DNA of 64,000 nt from an uncultured virus (IMG/VR IMGVR_UViG_3300010885_038586) (IMGVR_UViG_3300010885_038586); one strand, 5' to 3'; counted from the stretch's first letter, positions 18,397 through 27,853 are shown. The notes: generated by a model from the sequence alone, not told the origin. Numbers and translations: made by a program.

Positions 18397-18737
18397 CTCG
18401 CCGGTGATTGAGTGGCGGAAACGCGGAGGTGGTGGGGAGAAGGCCATCCAAATCAACCGGAAGGTGCTGGTGCGAGTCCAGCCGAGTTTGTGCATTCTTG
18501 TAGTGTAAAGGAGCATCCTGGATCGTCCGGCGCGGAGGAGTAAAAATGCACTTTCTAAATGCCCTATTGTTCAAGGTACCAGCGCAGGTAAAGCTGGCCT
18601 GCGTGAGAACGGGAAACCGTGGTGGGGCACCACTTTTCAAACACCTTCGGGAAGTCCAGGGATCGCTGTCCTGGTTAGGTCAATACGAGGTTGACCAATA
18701 GTGTAAAATCAAAAGTCAGAATAAGCACACCCGACCA
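18397..18737 (+). ncRNA. Array of structured tRNA-like RNAs
   Basis: No credible + strand gene here; 18561-18632 has a 7-bp acceptor stem plus ACCA; 18647-18737 ends CCCGA-CCA; T-arm-like GCTGG-TGCGAGT-CCAGC at 18466-18482. Confidence 0.55.
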
Positions 18738-18775
18738 TTTTCTGCATTGACAAAACCCAAGCACTTCCGATTATC

Positions 18776-18928
18776 ATGCCTAATGAAAAGAAAAACCCTC
18801 ACGCAGTTGCCCTTGGCAGGATCGGAGGCAAAGTCACCAGTACGGTCAAAACAAAAGCCGCTAGGCGCAATGGTAAAAAAGGCGGAAGGCCAAAGAAGGA
18901 TAGATTGGTCCAGCCTGATCGGGCATAA
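18776..18928 (+). CDS. Small basic KNPHAVALG...NGKKGGRP protein overlapping the HNH gene
   Basis: 50-aa ORF below the track cutoff: MPNEKKNPHAVALGRIGGKVTSTVKTKAARRNGKKGGRPKK. Confidence 0.65.
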   Translation: MPNEKKNPHAVALGRIGGKVTSTVKTKAARRNGKKGGRPKKDRLVQPDRA

Positions 18929-19562
18929 ATTTCACCTACTCACAGTGATTTCCATATTCGGCAAAGACTTGCGGGGAAAAGTAAAGCTGGCTTGTCGCTG
19001 TGAATGCGGGAATTTGGGCGTCTATCTTCATGGGCACATGAACCGAGGAGCAACACAGTCATGTGGATGCCTGCACGGTCGCGCCGTCACCACTCACGGG
19101 CACTGCGTTGGAGGTGCCTCCAAAATGTACCACGCGCACCGGAACATGTTTGATAGGTGTTTTGGCATAAACCCAAGGCATGTGCAATATCGCAGAAAAG
19201 GCATCACAGTTTGTCGTCGCTGGACGGAAGGTGAGAAGGGTCTAAGTGCTTTTGAATGCTTCATCAAAGACATGGGGCAGCCTCCTTCTCCGCAGCACAC
19301 AGTCGAGAGAATCGACAATGACGGCAACTACACTCCATCCAATTGCCGATGGGCTACTAAATTGGAACAACAAAACAACACTGACTGGAACGTTCGCGTC
19401 AAAGCATTTGGCAAGACCTTGACCATTACTCAAAGCTGCGAAAGTCTTGGCATATCTCGATCTGGCATGCGTAACAGATTGCGAAAATGGTCTCCTGAAC
19501 GCGCTCTTACGGAACCTGTTCACATGAGTGGCATGCGGATAAAGTTTAAAAATAAATCATGA
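18870..19562 (+). CDS. HNH homing endonuclease
   Basis: CRCECG...SCGC...TTHG...M.DRC...GITVC.RW...F..DMG...VERIDNDGNYTPSNCRWAT..EQ.NN; start uncertain. Confidence 0.9.
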   Translation: MVKKAEGQRRIDWSSLIGHKFHLLTVISIFGKDLRGKVKLACRCECGNLGVYLHGHMNRGATQSCGCLHGRAVTTHGHCVGGASKMYHAHRNMFDRCFGINPRHVQYRRKGITVCRRWTEGEKGLSAFECFIKDMGQPPSPQHTVERIDNDGNYTPSNCRWATKLEQQNNTDWNVRVKAFGKTLTITQSCESLGISRSGMRNRLRKWSPERALTEPVHMSGMRIKFKNKS

Positions 19563-21610
19563 TTATTCCTTTCCATTTGGACATAGAAACTCGCTCTGAA
19601 GCAGACCTTAAGGTTACAGGAGGTTTTAAGTACGCCGAGCATCCAAGCACTGAAATCATGTGTGCTGGTGTGGCGCGAGGAGAAGAGGAGCCATTGTTGT
19701 GGGTCAATCCCAAGTTTACTTTCGACGACATGTCCGTGTGCAAGTCCTCACCAGGTGTATTTGATTTGATTGCTGAGATGAATGCTAGCAGTGCGCCAGT
19801 GTACGCTCACAATGCGTATTATGAACATGCCCTTTTAAACCATGGTCCTAAATCTCCTTTTAAGATCGACATCAACCGCTGGCGCTGCACTGCCGCCATG
19901 TCCCGTCGGGCAGCCATCCCGCCATCGCTGGAGAAAGCTGCCGAGACTTTGGGCCTGTCGCAGCAGAAGGACAACAAGGGCAAGTCCTTGATCCGCAAGT
20001 TCTCCATTCCGAGAAAAAAGGATGGTAAGTTTACCCACCCCATCGACGCTCAGGACGACTTCATCGCCTTCACCCAGTACTGCGCTCAAGACGTTCGCGT
20101 AGAGCAAGGCATCCACAAAGCCCTGAAGCACTTTGAGTTGACCGGCGACGTGCTGGCTGCGTTCCAAGCTGACTTGGCGATCAACAGTCGCGGCATGCCG
20201 ATGAACATGGAGGCACTGCGTCACGCTCAGAAGCTCATCGAGGCCAACGACAGCCGCCTCACTGCCGAGTTCCGCGAACTGACCGGTTTCAACCCCACTC
20301 AGCGTGACGTGCTGCTCAAGTGGTTGCAGGAGCAAGGCTATCCCGCCGACAACCTACGCGGCGACACGCTGGATGAACAGTTGGAAGATGAGAACTTCGA
20401 CCCGACTTCCACCGTGGGCCGCGTGCTCACAATCAAGAAAGCCCTCAACTTTGCCAGCACCAAGAAGGTCAGCGCCATGCTCGCCTGCGCCTGTGCAGAT
20501 GGTCGCGCTCGCGGCACCATCCAGTTCTACGGTGCCGGTCCTGGTCGCGCCTCGGGCCGATTGATTCAACCACAGAACTTCAAACGTCCCACCATCAAAA
20601 ACACGGATGACGCGTACACCGACATCATGGCCGGTGAAAGCGAGGAACACATCGAGTTGTTCTATGGGCCGCTGCTAGAGGTGATCGGTTCCTGCATTCG
20701 CCATTTCATCCACGACCCCGAAGGTCCGATTTTCGACGTGGACTTCAGCAGCATTGAGGCTCGCATCGCGGCATGGCTGGCAGGTGAGGAGTGGACACTG
20801 GAAGTGTTCCGCACTCACGGCAAAATTTACGAAGCCACGGCTTGCCGTATGTCGGGCATGTCTTTGCAGGATATGCTGGATTATGCAAAGACACACGGCA
20901 AGCACCACCCAGACCGACAGAAGGGGAAGGTGGCTTCTTTGGCCCTTCAATATCAGGGTGGCGTGGATGCGCTCAAAGCGATGGGAGCCTTGGACATGGG
21001 CCTCAAAGAAGAGGAATTACAGGATGTGGTGGATCAGTGGCGCGAGGCCAACCCCAACGTAGTGAAGTGCTGGCATGCCTACGACCGCGCAGCCAAAGCC
21101 GCCGTCACCAATTTCGGCAGTCGGCAGCAAGCAGGCAAGATTGAGTTCTTTTGCGCCGTCACTGCCGGTGCCAAGTATCTGTTCGCCAAGTTGCCCTCTG
21201 GTCGTCGGCTGGCCTATCGTGATCCCAAGATTGAGGAGACGGTGGTGCGCAACAAGGAGACCAAGGAGATTGAGACGTGGGCCGACGGTCGCGTGAAGAC
21301 CCGCCAAACTCTCACCTACTGGGGACAGGTTCGCGGCAAGACCATCTGGGGCAGGTGCGCCATATACGCGGGAATGTGGTTGCAGAATTGTTGTGAAGGA
21401 GTTGGCGCTGATCTGCTCAACAACGGCATCATTAAATCCGAGGCCAAAGGCTACAAGGTAGCCAGCTTGATCCACGATCAGATCCTCGCCTACAAACGCA
21501 AAGGCCAGACCATCGAAGAGCTGGTTGGTTGCATGACCGATGTGCCAGGCTGGACAGAAGGTTTGCCGGTGGCAGCGGACGGACAAGTTCAAAAATATTA
21601 TACCAAATGA
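19559..21610 (+). CDS. polA: Family A DNA polymerase (APSE-type)
   Basis: Exo DIET, AHNA, Y..QDV; motif A DFSSIEAR; motif B RQKGKVASLALQY; motif C IHD. Confidence 0.95.
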   Translation: MIIPFHLDIETRSEADLKVTGGFKYAEHPSTEIMCAGVARGEEEPLLWVNPKFTFDDMSVCKSSPGVFDLIAEMNASSAPVYAHNAYYEHALLNHGPKSPFKIDINRWRCTAAMSRRAAIPPSLEKAAETLGLSQQKDNKGKSLIRKFSIPRKKDGKFTHPIDAQDDFIAFTQYCAQDVRVEQGIHKALKHFELTGDVLAAFQADLAINSRGMPMNMEALRHAQKLIEANDSRLTAEFRELTGFNPTQRDVLLKWLQEQGYPADNLRGDTLDEQLEDENFDPTSTVGRVLTIKKALNFASTKKVSAMLACACADGRARGTIQFYGAGPGRASGRLIQPQNFKRPTIKNTDDAYTDIMAGESEEHIELFYGPLLEVIGSCIRHFIHDPEGPIFDVDFSSIEARIAAWLAGEEWTLEVFRTHGKIYEATACRMSGMSLQDMLDYAKTHGKHHPDRQKGKVASLALQYQGGVDALKAMGALDMGLKEEELQDVVDQWREANPNVVKCWHAYDRAAKAAVTNFGSRQQAGKIEFFCAVTAGAKYLFAKLPSGRRLAYRDPKIEETVVRNKETKEIETWADGRVKTRQTLTYWGQVRGKTIWGRCAIYAGMWLQNCCEGVGADLLNNGIIKSEAKGYKVASLIHDQILAYKRKGQTIEELVGCMTDVPGWTEGLPVAADGQVQKYYTK

Positions 21611-21674
21611 CCTTCACCTGCCCCTCCTGTCAAAAACAAATCACCATTGAACCCTTAGACGCACCCCTCCGACT

Positions 21675-22025
21675 ATGCCGCGACTGCCGAAACCAAAAAC
21701 ACGCAAGCCTCTCGAAAAGGAAATCGAGAAGAAAATCTGCGACTACGCCAAGCAGCTTGGATGCTACGTCCGCAAGTTCACCAGCCCCAACCAGCGATCA
21801 GTCCCTGACCGGATCATCATCGCCCCAGGTGGCGCGGTGGTATTCCTCGAAGTTAAGCGTGGCGGCGAGAGTCCCACGAAGGCACAGGAGCACGAGATGA
21901 ATCTGCTCAGAGTGAAAGGTTGCAACGTGGCATGGTGCGACAACGTGGATAGCGGCAAACGGTTTGTGGACATGCTGGTCAAGGCGGGAAAACGAAACAT
22001 CGAAAGGCAGGACTTCTGGGGATGA
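21675..22025 (+). CDS. VRR-NUC nuclease ending in DFWG
   Basis: LEKEIE...SVPDR...FLEVK...PT..Q. Confidence 0.9.
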   Translation: MPRLPKPKTRKPLEKEIEKKICDYAKQLGCYVRKFTSPNQRSVPDRIIIAPGGAVVFLEVKRGGESPTKAQEHEMNLLRVKGCNVAWCDNVDSGKRFVDMLVKAGKRNIERQDFWG

Positions 22026-22465
22026 GCCTGACCTACCGCAAAACCAAAACGCCTGGCAAGTGCCCCGTGCGCTACTGCCGGAACCTGCCGCGCAATATCG
22101 GCGACCATCCCAGCAGTTGTCAGCTTTGTGGATCTCACGCCAAAGAGTTGTGGCGCGTACGTCACCCCGAGCACGCCGCTTATGACACCCTCCGCGCCAG
22201 CGCCCGCAAACGTGGGATCGTCTTTACCCTCACACTGGCACACTTCAAAGCGACCATCGCTCCCACGGCCTACCTCACCGAGTCGGGCAGCACACGCTAC
22301 TGCCTACACATTGACCGCAAAGACAACACCTTTGGCTACATCGACGGCAACATTCAGGTGATGACCTGCACCGAGAACGTGGCGAAGGGCAACGCTGAAC
22401 GGCGGCAGAAGTTTGTGGATGAGAAGGTACGCGGGTACGCAACTCCTGAACCTGATCCGTTTTGA
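22022..22465 (+). CDS. HNH-like endonuclease with N-terminal Zn-binding Cys
   Basis: ARKRGI.F.LT...HIDRKDNTFGYIDGNIQ...N..K. Confidence 0.8.
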   Translation: MSLTYRKTKTPGKCPVRYCRNLPRNIGDHPSSCQLCGSHAKELWRVRHPEHAAYDTLRASARKRGIVFTLTLAHFKATIAPTAYLTESGSTRYCLHIDRKDNTFGYIDGNIQVMTCTENVAKGNAERRQKFVDEKVRGYATPEPDPF

Positions 22466-22563
22466 TGCACCCACTGTTGACGATCCTCTGTTTCTGCCTA
22501 CAAATGGCGAAGCCGCAGCCCTTCGCAGGGGCCACGGCCTCTAACCTGAGTCCATGCAGCAAC

Positions 22564-23262
22564 ATGAAAACGGCTTCCAACGAACTACCATCTCCCCGCA
22601 AACGCATCAACTGGAAAGATTCTGCCGGTATGAAGTTTGGGCGTCTGACCTGCACCGGGGAGACTTTTAAAAACTCGGGGCAGATGATGCTTCGAGTTTG
22701 GTGCATTTGTTCTTGCGGTAAGAGGATCCACACCTCTATCGGCAACCTCGTACGCAAGCACACTAAATCATGCGGATGCCAAAAACATGACAGCACGGTC
22801 GCCAGAAACACTAAGCATGGTCACAGCGTGCGAGGGAAACGCTCTAAACTTTATCGGACCTACGTTCACATGCTGGAACGTTGCCACAGTGAGACGCGGG
22901 GAGAAAATAACTACAAAGGGCGCGGCATTAAAGTGTGCGACCGCTGGCGCTACGGAGAAAATGGCGTGCAAGGATTTGTTCTGTCCACTCAAGACATGGG
23001 AGAACCGCCAAGCAAACGCCACACCATAGAGAGGCAAGACAACAACGGCAACTACACTCCGAAGAACTGCATCTGGGCAACTCGCATGGTGCAGAACAGC
23101 AACAAAAGGTCCAACCGGTGGATAGAATATGAAGGGCAGAAGAAAACAATGGCGCAATGGGCCAGGGCAACCGGACTGTGCGATGCCACCATCTCTAACC
23201 GAATAAAAAGAGGACTGCCACCTGCCGAAGTTCTCTTCAATGAGAAGGAGTTTTGGGGATGA
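22564..23262 (+). CDS. HNH homing endonuclease ending in EFWG
   Basis: KFGRLT...CICSCG...SCGC...YKGRGIKVCDRW...IERQDNNGNYTPKNCIWAT. Confidence 0.9.
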   Translation: MKTASNELPSPRKRINWKDSAGMKFGRLTCTGETFKNSGQMMLRVWCICSCGKRIHTSIGNLVRKHTKSCGCQKHDSTVARNTKHGHSVRGKRSKLYRTYVHMLERCHSETRGENNYKGRGIKVCDRWRYGENGVQGFVLSTQDMGEPPSKRHTIERQDNNGNYTPKNCIWATRMVQNSNKRSNRWIEYEGQKKTMAQWARATGLCDATISNRIKRGLPPAEVLFNEKEFWG

Positions 23263-24689
23263 AAAAATTCACCCCCCGTCCGGCACAAGAAGCCCTCATC
23301 AATCATTTTCTAACGCACGATGTTGCATACGCCTCCGCTTCAATGGGTTTGGGGAAGACTGGCGGAACCTTGGCAGCTTTCAACAAGTTGTACCTCAGTG
23401 GTGAATCTATAGGCATGATGGTGTTGGCACCGTTGAGGGTGTGCAATTTGGTCTGGAAAGACGAGATAGATACGTGGTCGGACTTCAAACATTTCAGGGT
23501 AGCCAATCTGCGCACTCCGCTGGGACGCCAAGCATTCATAGGAGGCATGGCTTCCATATATCTGCTCAACTACGACAGCATCCCGCTACTTATCAAACTT
23601 ATTGAGAAACGAGGCGGCACGGTACCATATGATACCATCGTGTATGATGAAGTAGATTCAGCCAAGTCCCCTGACTCGAAGCGAATAGCTCTGTTGCGAA
23701 GAGAGGCACCACGAGTGAAGCGCAACTGGGGTATGACCGGCACAATGATGGACAAGCTGGTGGACTTGTTCGCACAATTCCGCCTACTTGATGGCGGCGA
23801 GCGATTAGGACGCAGCTTCCAACACTTCAAGCAGACCTACTTCCATAAGGCCGACTACATGGGCTACAAATGGGACGCCAATGATGGCGCGAAAGAGTTG
23901 ATAGAGAAGCGCATCTGCGACATCACCATCACCTTACGAGCCTCGGATTGGATGCCTGACATGCCGGACGCCGTGGTGCAGGACGTGGATGTCCACATGA
24001 CGCCGGACCAACTTGACAAGTATCAAGAGTTTGAGCGCGAGTTGGTGTTGGAGTTGAAAAGCTCAGTCACGATCACTGCGCCCAGCGCGGCTGCACTCGT
24101 CACCAAGCTGCTGCAATACACCAGTGGCGCGGTGTATGACGAACACGGGGATTACCACTGCATCCACGATCTCAAAATTGAGGCGCTTAGAAAGATCATC
24201 AAAAAGACCAAGGGGCCGGTGCTGGTGGCTGCCATTTTCAAGCACGAGCAGGCTCGGTTGCGTGAATCCTTCCCCACCGCCACGTTCTTTGCTGATGCCA
24301 CCAGCCTGACAGCGCAGACGAAGATGCTGGCAGACTGGAATGCCGGAAAGCTCCCCATCTTGGTAGTGTCCCCATTCTCTGCCAGCCATGGACTGAACAT
24401 GCAGTGGGGTGGCAGCACAATGGTCTGGATGTCTCTCATCTACTCCCATCGTCGCTACACTCAGATGCTTGCCCGTCTGGCTCGCCCCGGTCAGAAGTGC
24501 AACGTAGATGTGTACCGCCTGATGTGCCCTAGCACTGTGGACGACGCCATCGCTACCGTGCTGGAAGACAAACGCGACACCGAGGATAGGCTTCTGTCTG
24601 CACTCATGATGCTGGAAAGCTCCCGAGACGTGGGGCTGAAACTCTCGCAGCCTGAAGAAAAGTTTGACGAAGAAGCCTTCTGGGGATGA
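23259..24689 (+). CDS. SNF2-family helicase ending in AFWG
   Basis: MGLGKT, YDE, MTGT, HGLNMQ, Q..ARLARPGQ. Confidence 0.93.
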   Translation: MKKFTPRPAQEALINHFLTHDVAYASASMGLGKTGGTLAAFNKLYLSGESIGMMVLAPLRVCNLVWKDEIDTWSDFKHFRVANLRTPLGRQAFIGGMASIYLLNYDSIPLLIKLIEKRGGTVPYDTIVYDEVDSAKSPDSKRIALLRREAPRVKRNWGMTGTMMDKLVDLFAQFRLLDGGERLGRSFQHFKQTYFHKADYMGYKWDANDGAKELIEKRICDITITLRASDWMPDMPDAVVQDVDVHMTPDQLDKYQEFERELVLELKSSVTITAPSAAALVTKLLQYTSGAVYDEHGDYHCIHDLKIEALRKIIKKTKGPVLVAAIFKHEQARLRESFPTATFFADATSLTAQTKMLADWNAGKLPILVVSPFSASHGLNMQWGGSTMVWMSLIYSHRRYTQMLARLARPGQKCNVDVYRLMCPSTVDDAIATVLEDKRDTEDRLLSALMMLESSRDVGLKLSQPEEKFDEEAFWG

Positions 24690-24967
24690 AAAAGATTGTA
24701 CATTGCAAAAAGAGTTCGTTTGACGTTTACATTGGCAGACCCAGTAAATGGGGAAACCCCTTCGTCATTGGCAAGCACGGCAGCAGGGAAACAGTGATCG
24801 CCAAGTATCGAAAATGGCTGCTAGGTCAGAAGCATTTGCTGGCCGATCTTCCTGAACTGCGGGGCAAGGTGTTGGGCTGCTGGTGTGACCCTTTGCCATG
24901 CCACGGGCAGACGCTACTTGATTTGCTGAATGCCGCTGAGTTCGACGAAGAAGCCTTCTGGGGTTGA
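24686..24967 (+). CDS. DUF4326 protein ending in AFWG
   Basis: DVYIGRPSKWGNPF...LRGKVLGCWC.P.PCHG. Confidence 0.9.
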   Translation: MKKIVHCKKSSFDVYIGRPSKWGNPFVIGKHGSRETVIAKYRKWLLGQKHLLADLPELRGKVLGCWCDPLPCHGQTLLDLLNAAEFDEEAFWG

Positions 24968-24991
24968 CGAAAGCAGGTAGCAGGTTAAAAT
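24964..24991 (+). promoter_or_regulatory. Sigma70-type promoter for terL
   Basis: TTGACG-16-TAAAAT, with the -35 overlapping the upstream stop codon. Confidence 0.6.
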
Positions 24992-25001
24992 TCACCACAC
25001 A

Positions 25002-27005
25002 ATGCCTCCCCCCGCCAAACCCGCTACTGCCAAGCGCCCTGCTACACAACCCGTGCAGCAGCCCAACGAGCGCACGCACATTGCGCGGTACGGGCGTTGG
25101 TGGAAACGTCTGCCGGGAGTGCCCAAGACCAGCGCAGGCTATGATCTGTTGCAGGAAGTCGCCATCGAGAAGTACATCTGCGGCAACTACGACGCCTTGA
25201 TGGCACTGCCGGGTAGTCAGTTGAACCCGTGGACCTGGCACTTCCGCAGGTTCATCTCGCTGATGCTGGACCGGCCTGAGACGAATCCACGTTACCGCTT
25301 CGAGTGGAACCCCTACGCCATGCGGATGCTGGAAGAGGCGTACAAGAACAACTTCCTCGCGGTTGCTGGGCATGCCAGTTGTTCCAAGTCGGAGTTCTTC
25401 GCTCTCTACGCGATTGGTCGGTTCCTCATCGGTGCTCGCTTCCCCGACTGCCCGGTGGCCTCGCCGGAGTACGTCAAAGTCTTCATCACCTCCACCTCGT
25501 TGGATGAATCCCGTGGTCGTATCTGGGGCGTGGTCGAAGGATACTGGGCAGAGATTTGCCGGTTCTTCGGCGGCGAGCAGTACATGCAGGCCAAGCTCAT
25601 CTCTTCCACCGGGAAGATCGTGCGAGTCAATCCCGACGGCAGGCAGAACCAGCTTTCGGGGATCACGCTGGTAGCCGGGGGGAAAGGGCAGGACAAAGAC
25701 GCCTCCACCAAGATTGGTTTCAAGAACCGCTGCGTGATCTTCATCGCAGATGAACTGCCACTGCTGACGCACGCGCTCTACAACACCGCCATCACCAACT
25801 TGCAGTCCAACGAGTATCTGCAATTCATCGGCATCGGCAATCCCACCTCACCGTTTGACCCGCTCGGCGTGTTTATGGAGCCAGACGAGGGCTGGGCCGC
25901 AGTCGATGAAACCTTTGACGGCTGGAAGACCAAGCGCGGCTACTGCATCCGCTTTGACGGGGAGAAGTCTCCTAACGTGCTCGCTGGTCGAGAAATCTGG
26001 AAAGGCATTCTCAGCTTGCGCACCGTTACGGATCTGCGCGAAAGCCTCGGACCCAAATCACCCGAGTACTACCGCATGGTGCGCGGCTATCTCTCCCCCG
26101 ATGGTGACGCCAACGCCATCTACACCGAGGTCGAAATCATCTCCAGCGGTAGCCAGGGCAAAGTTACCACCTGGCTCACGCCGCCCGAGTTGATCGCCTT
26201 CATCGACCCGGCGTTCAGCCATGGCGGGGACGAAGCACCCATGTGCGTTGCCCGTCTAGGCGATTACTTCTCGCCGATTCACCAGCGCAACGTCAAAGGC
26301 ATCGAGCGGGTGGAGACGATCAACCTGATGGCGAAGGTGGACGCCAGCAACAAGGAGGTGGACCGCAACCAGCAGTTGGTGAACCTGTTCCACGAGGAGT
26401 GCGTTACCCGAGGGATCAAGGTTGAGAACCGGGGCGTGGACTCCACAGGCGCAGGCGACCCGTTTTCCACCCTCATGGCGATCACTATGGGGCGAGGTTT
26501 CCAGATGGTGAGCTTTGCTGGTGCGCCGTCAGACAAGACCGTCGGCACCACCAACTCCCGCAGCGGCAAGGACCGCTTCGCCAACCGTGTCTCCGAGTTG
26601 TGGTATGTTGGCAAAGACTTTATGAAGGCGGGACAGATCAGAGGGCTAGATCCTGAGACCTGCATTCAAATGTGCGCCCGCATGTACAAGCTGGTGGACC
26701 GGGAGAAGGTTGAGGTCGAGTCCAAGAAGATCATGAAGCAGCGGACCAACGGGCGCAGCCCCGACCGCGCCGACGCCTTCTTCGGCTGCATCGAGATTGC
26801 CCGCCGCCGCTATGGTCTGTCCTCGCTGGTGCGCGCTGGCGCACGCGCCCCGCTGCCATCTGCACCGGAGAGCCGCACAGCCTACCGTCAAGCCGCCTTG
26901 GAGTCCACGCTGGCCGGGCGTTCGGGCAAACCTCGGTTCTCCGATCTGAACGTGCCCGCGTTGAGCGGGGCGAACGGGTTTGCAGATTCGCAACGATTCG
27001 GTTGA
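25002..27005 (+). CDS. terL: Terminase large subunit
   Basis: Atypical Walker A GHASCSKS, Walker B IFIADE, IGNP, nuclease IDPAF..GGD, VDSTG.G, SPDRADA. Confidence 0.88.
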   Translation: MPPPAKPATAKRPATQPVQQPNERTHIARYGRWWKRLPGVPKTSAGYDLLQEVAIEKYICGNYDALMALPGSQLNPWTWHFRRFISLMLDRPETNPRYRFEWNPYAMRMLEEAYKNNFLAVAGHASCSKSEFFALYAIGRFLIGARFPDCPVASPEYVKVFITSTSLDESRGRIWGVVEGYWAEICRFFGGEQYMQAKLISSTGKIVRVNPDGRQNQLSGITLVAGGKGQDKDASTKIGFKNRCVIFIADELPLLTHALYNTAITNLQSNEYLQFIGIGNPTSPFDPLGVFMEPDEGWAAVDETFDGWKTKRGYCIRFDGEKSPNVLAGREIWKGILSLRTVTDLRESLGPKSPEYYRMVRGYLSPDGDANAIYTEVEIISSGSQGKVTTWLTPPELIAFIDPAFSHGGDEAPMCVARLGDYFSPIHQRNVKGIERVETINLMAKVDASNKEVDRNQQLVNLFHEECVTRGIKVENRGVDSTGAGDPFSTLMAITMGRGFQMVSFAGAPSDKTVGTTNSRSGKDRFANRVSELWYVGKDFMKAGQIRGLDPETCIQMCARMYKLVDREKVEVESKKIMKQRTNGRSPDRADAFFGCIEIARRRYGLSSLVRAGARAPLPSAPESRTAYRQAALESTLAGRSGKPRFSDLNVPALSGANGFADSQRFG

Positions 27006-27038
27006 CTTTCGCCCTATCATCCACGACACACCCACACC

Positions 27039-27482
27039 ATGGAAGAATTTGAACACTCCGAAGCCTTGAAACGTGCGCTGCGCATGGCTGACGGCGATAC
27101 GGTGTTTTGGCAGGGAGTCGAGGGCGAGTTTTGCACTAGTCTCTACGACCACGTTGTTGACCTTGGCGGCTGCGAGAAGATGTCGCCTGGACTCCTGATA
27201 GAATATCTGAACGGCGTGCTCGGCAACGTGCGCAAAACCTTCCTCATGGTGGTGCCACTCTCAGCTTACCCGACCGAGCCTTATCTGTTCCCCGAGGACA
27301 ACACTGATCCCGACCGGCTTATCAAGTGGCCACTGGAAGTGTGGCTCGACTTCATCCGCGTGCGAGTGAACACAGGGGAGGATTTTATCGTCACCGGCTC
27401 ATGGCGTTACCCCGGCCTACGCCCGGCATCTTCACAGGTGCCGAAGTCCACGGGGTTCATCCAGTTTACTCGAATCTCATGA
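27039..27482 (+). CDS. Hypothetical protein, weakly like a degenerate class I methyltransferase half
   Basis: YDHVVD...EK....L.VVP...W...W pattern. Confidence 0.6.
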   Translation: MEEFEHSEALKRALRMADGDTVFWQGVEGEFCTSLYDHVVDLGGCEKMSPGLLIEYLNGVLGNVRKTFLMVVPLSAYPTEPYLFPEDNTDPDRLIKWPLEVWLDFIRVRVNTGEDFIVTGSWRYPGLRPASSQVPKSTGFIQFTRIS

Positions 27483-27853
27483 AAACCACCAAGCCACATA
27501 CCACTCGGGCCCACAACCTGCTTGCCAGTGCTGAACCGCCCTATCGCTCCAACCTGAGTCGCGCTGTCGAAGGGAAACCACAGCCCGTGCTGATGTCTGA
27601 ATCTGTGCGCGAGTTGCCCGCCCACCTCCACCGTCTCTCCAACGAAATTGGGTACCTTGAGCACGTTGTTGACGAACTGGCTAACCGCTTGGAACCGGTG
27701 CTCTCTCCACGCCTCGAAAGTCTTGGCTGCGAGGGCAACTCCGATCCATCTCCGCCGCAGTCTCCTTTGAGCAACGAAGTGGAGAACGCCGCCAACCGGG
27801 CGATCTTCCTGCGCCTGCGTCTTGGCCAATTGACCGGGAGCCTCGCCATCTGA
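27479..27853 (+). CDS. Hypothetical coiled-coil protein
   Basis: ATGA-coupled; L..RLEPVL pattern. Confidence 0.65.
   Translation: MKTTKPHTTRAHNLLASAEPPYRSNLSRAVEGKPQPVLMSESVRELPAHLHRLSNEIGYLEHVVDELANRLEPVLSPRLESLGCEGNSDPSPPQSPLSNEVENAANRAIFLRLRLGQLTGSLAI

Noticed and set aside
18561..18632. Canonical tRNA gene
   Set aside because: No TTC T-loop, no proper D-stem and a 9-nt anticodon-like loop; kept only as tRNA-like.
18747..23262. Group I intron or intein around the HNH genes
   Set aside because: PolA and the helicase are uninterrupted and the HNH genes are free-standing.
26980..27005. TerL C-terminus (SQRFG) and 22022-ORF C-terminus (EPDPF) as FWG tags
   Set aside because: Both lack the Trp; not counted, though they could be degenerate relatives.
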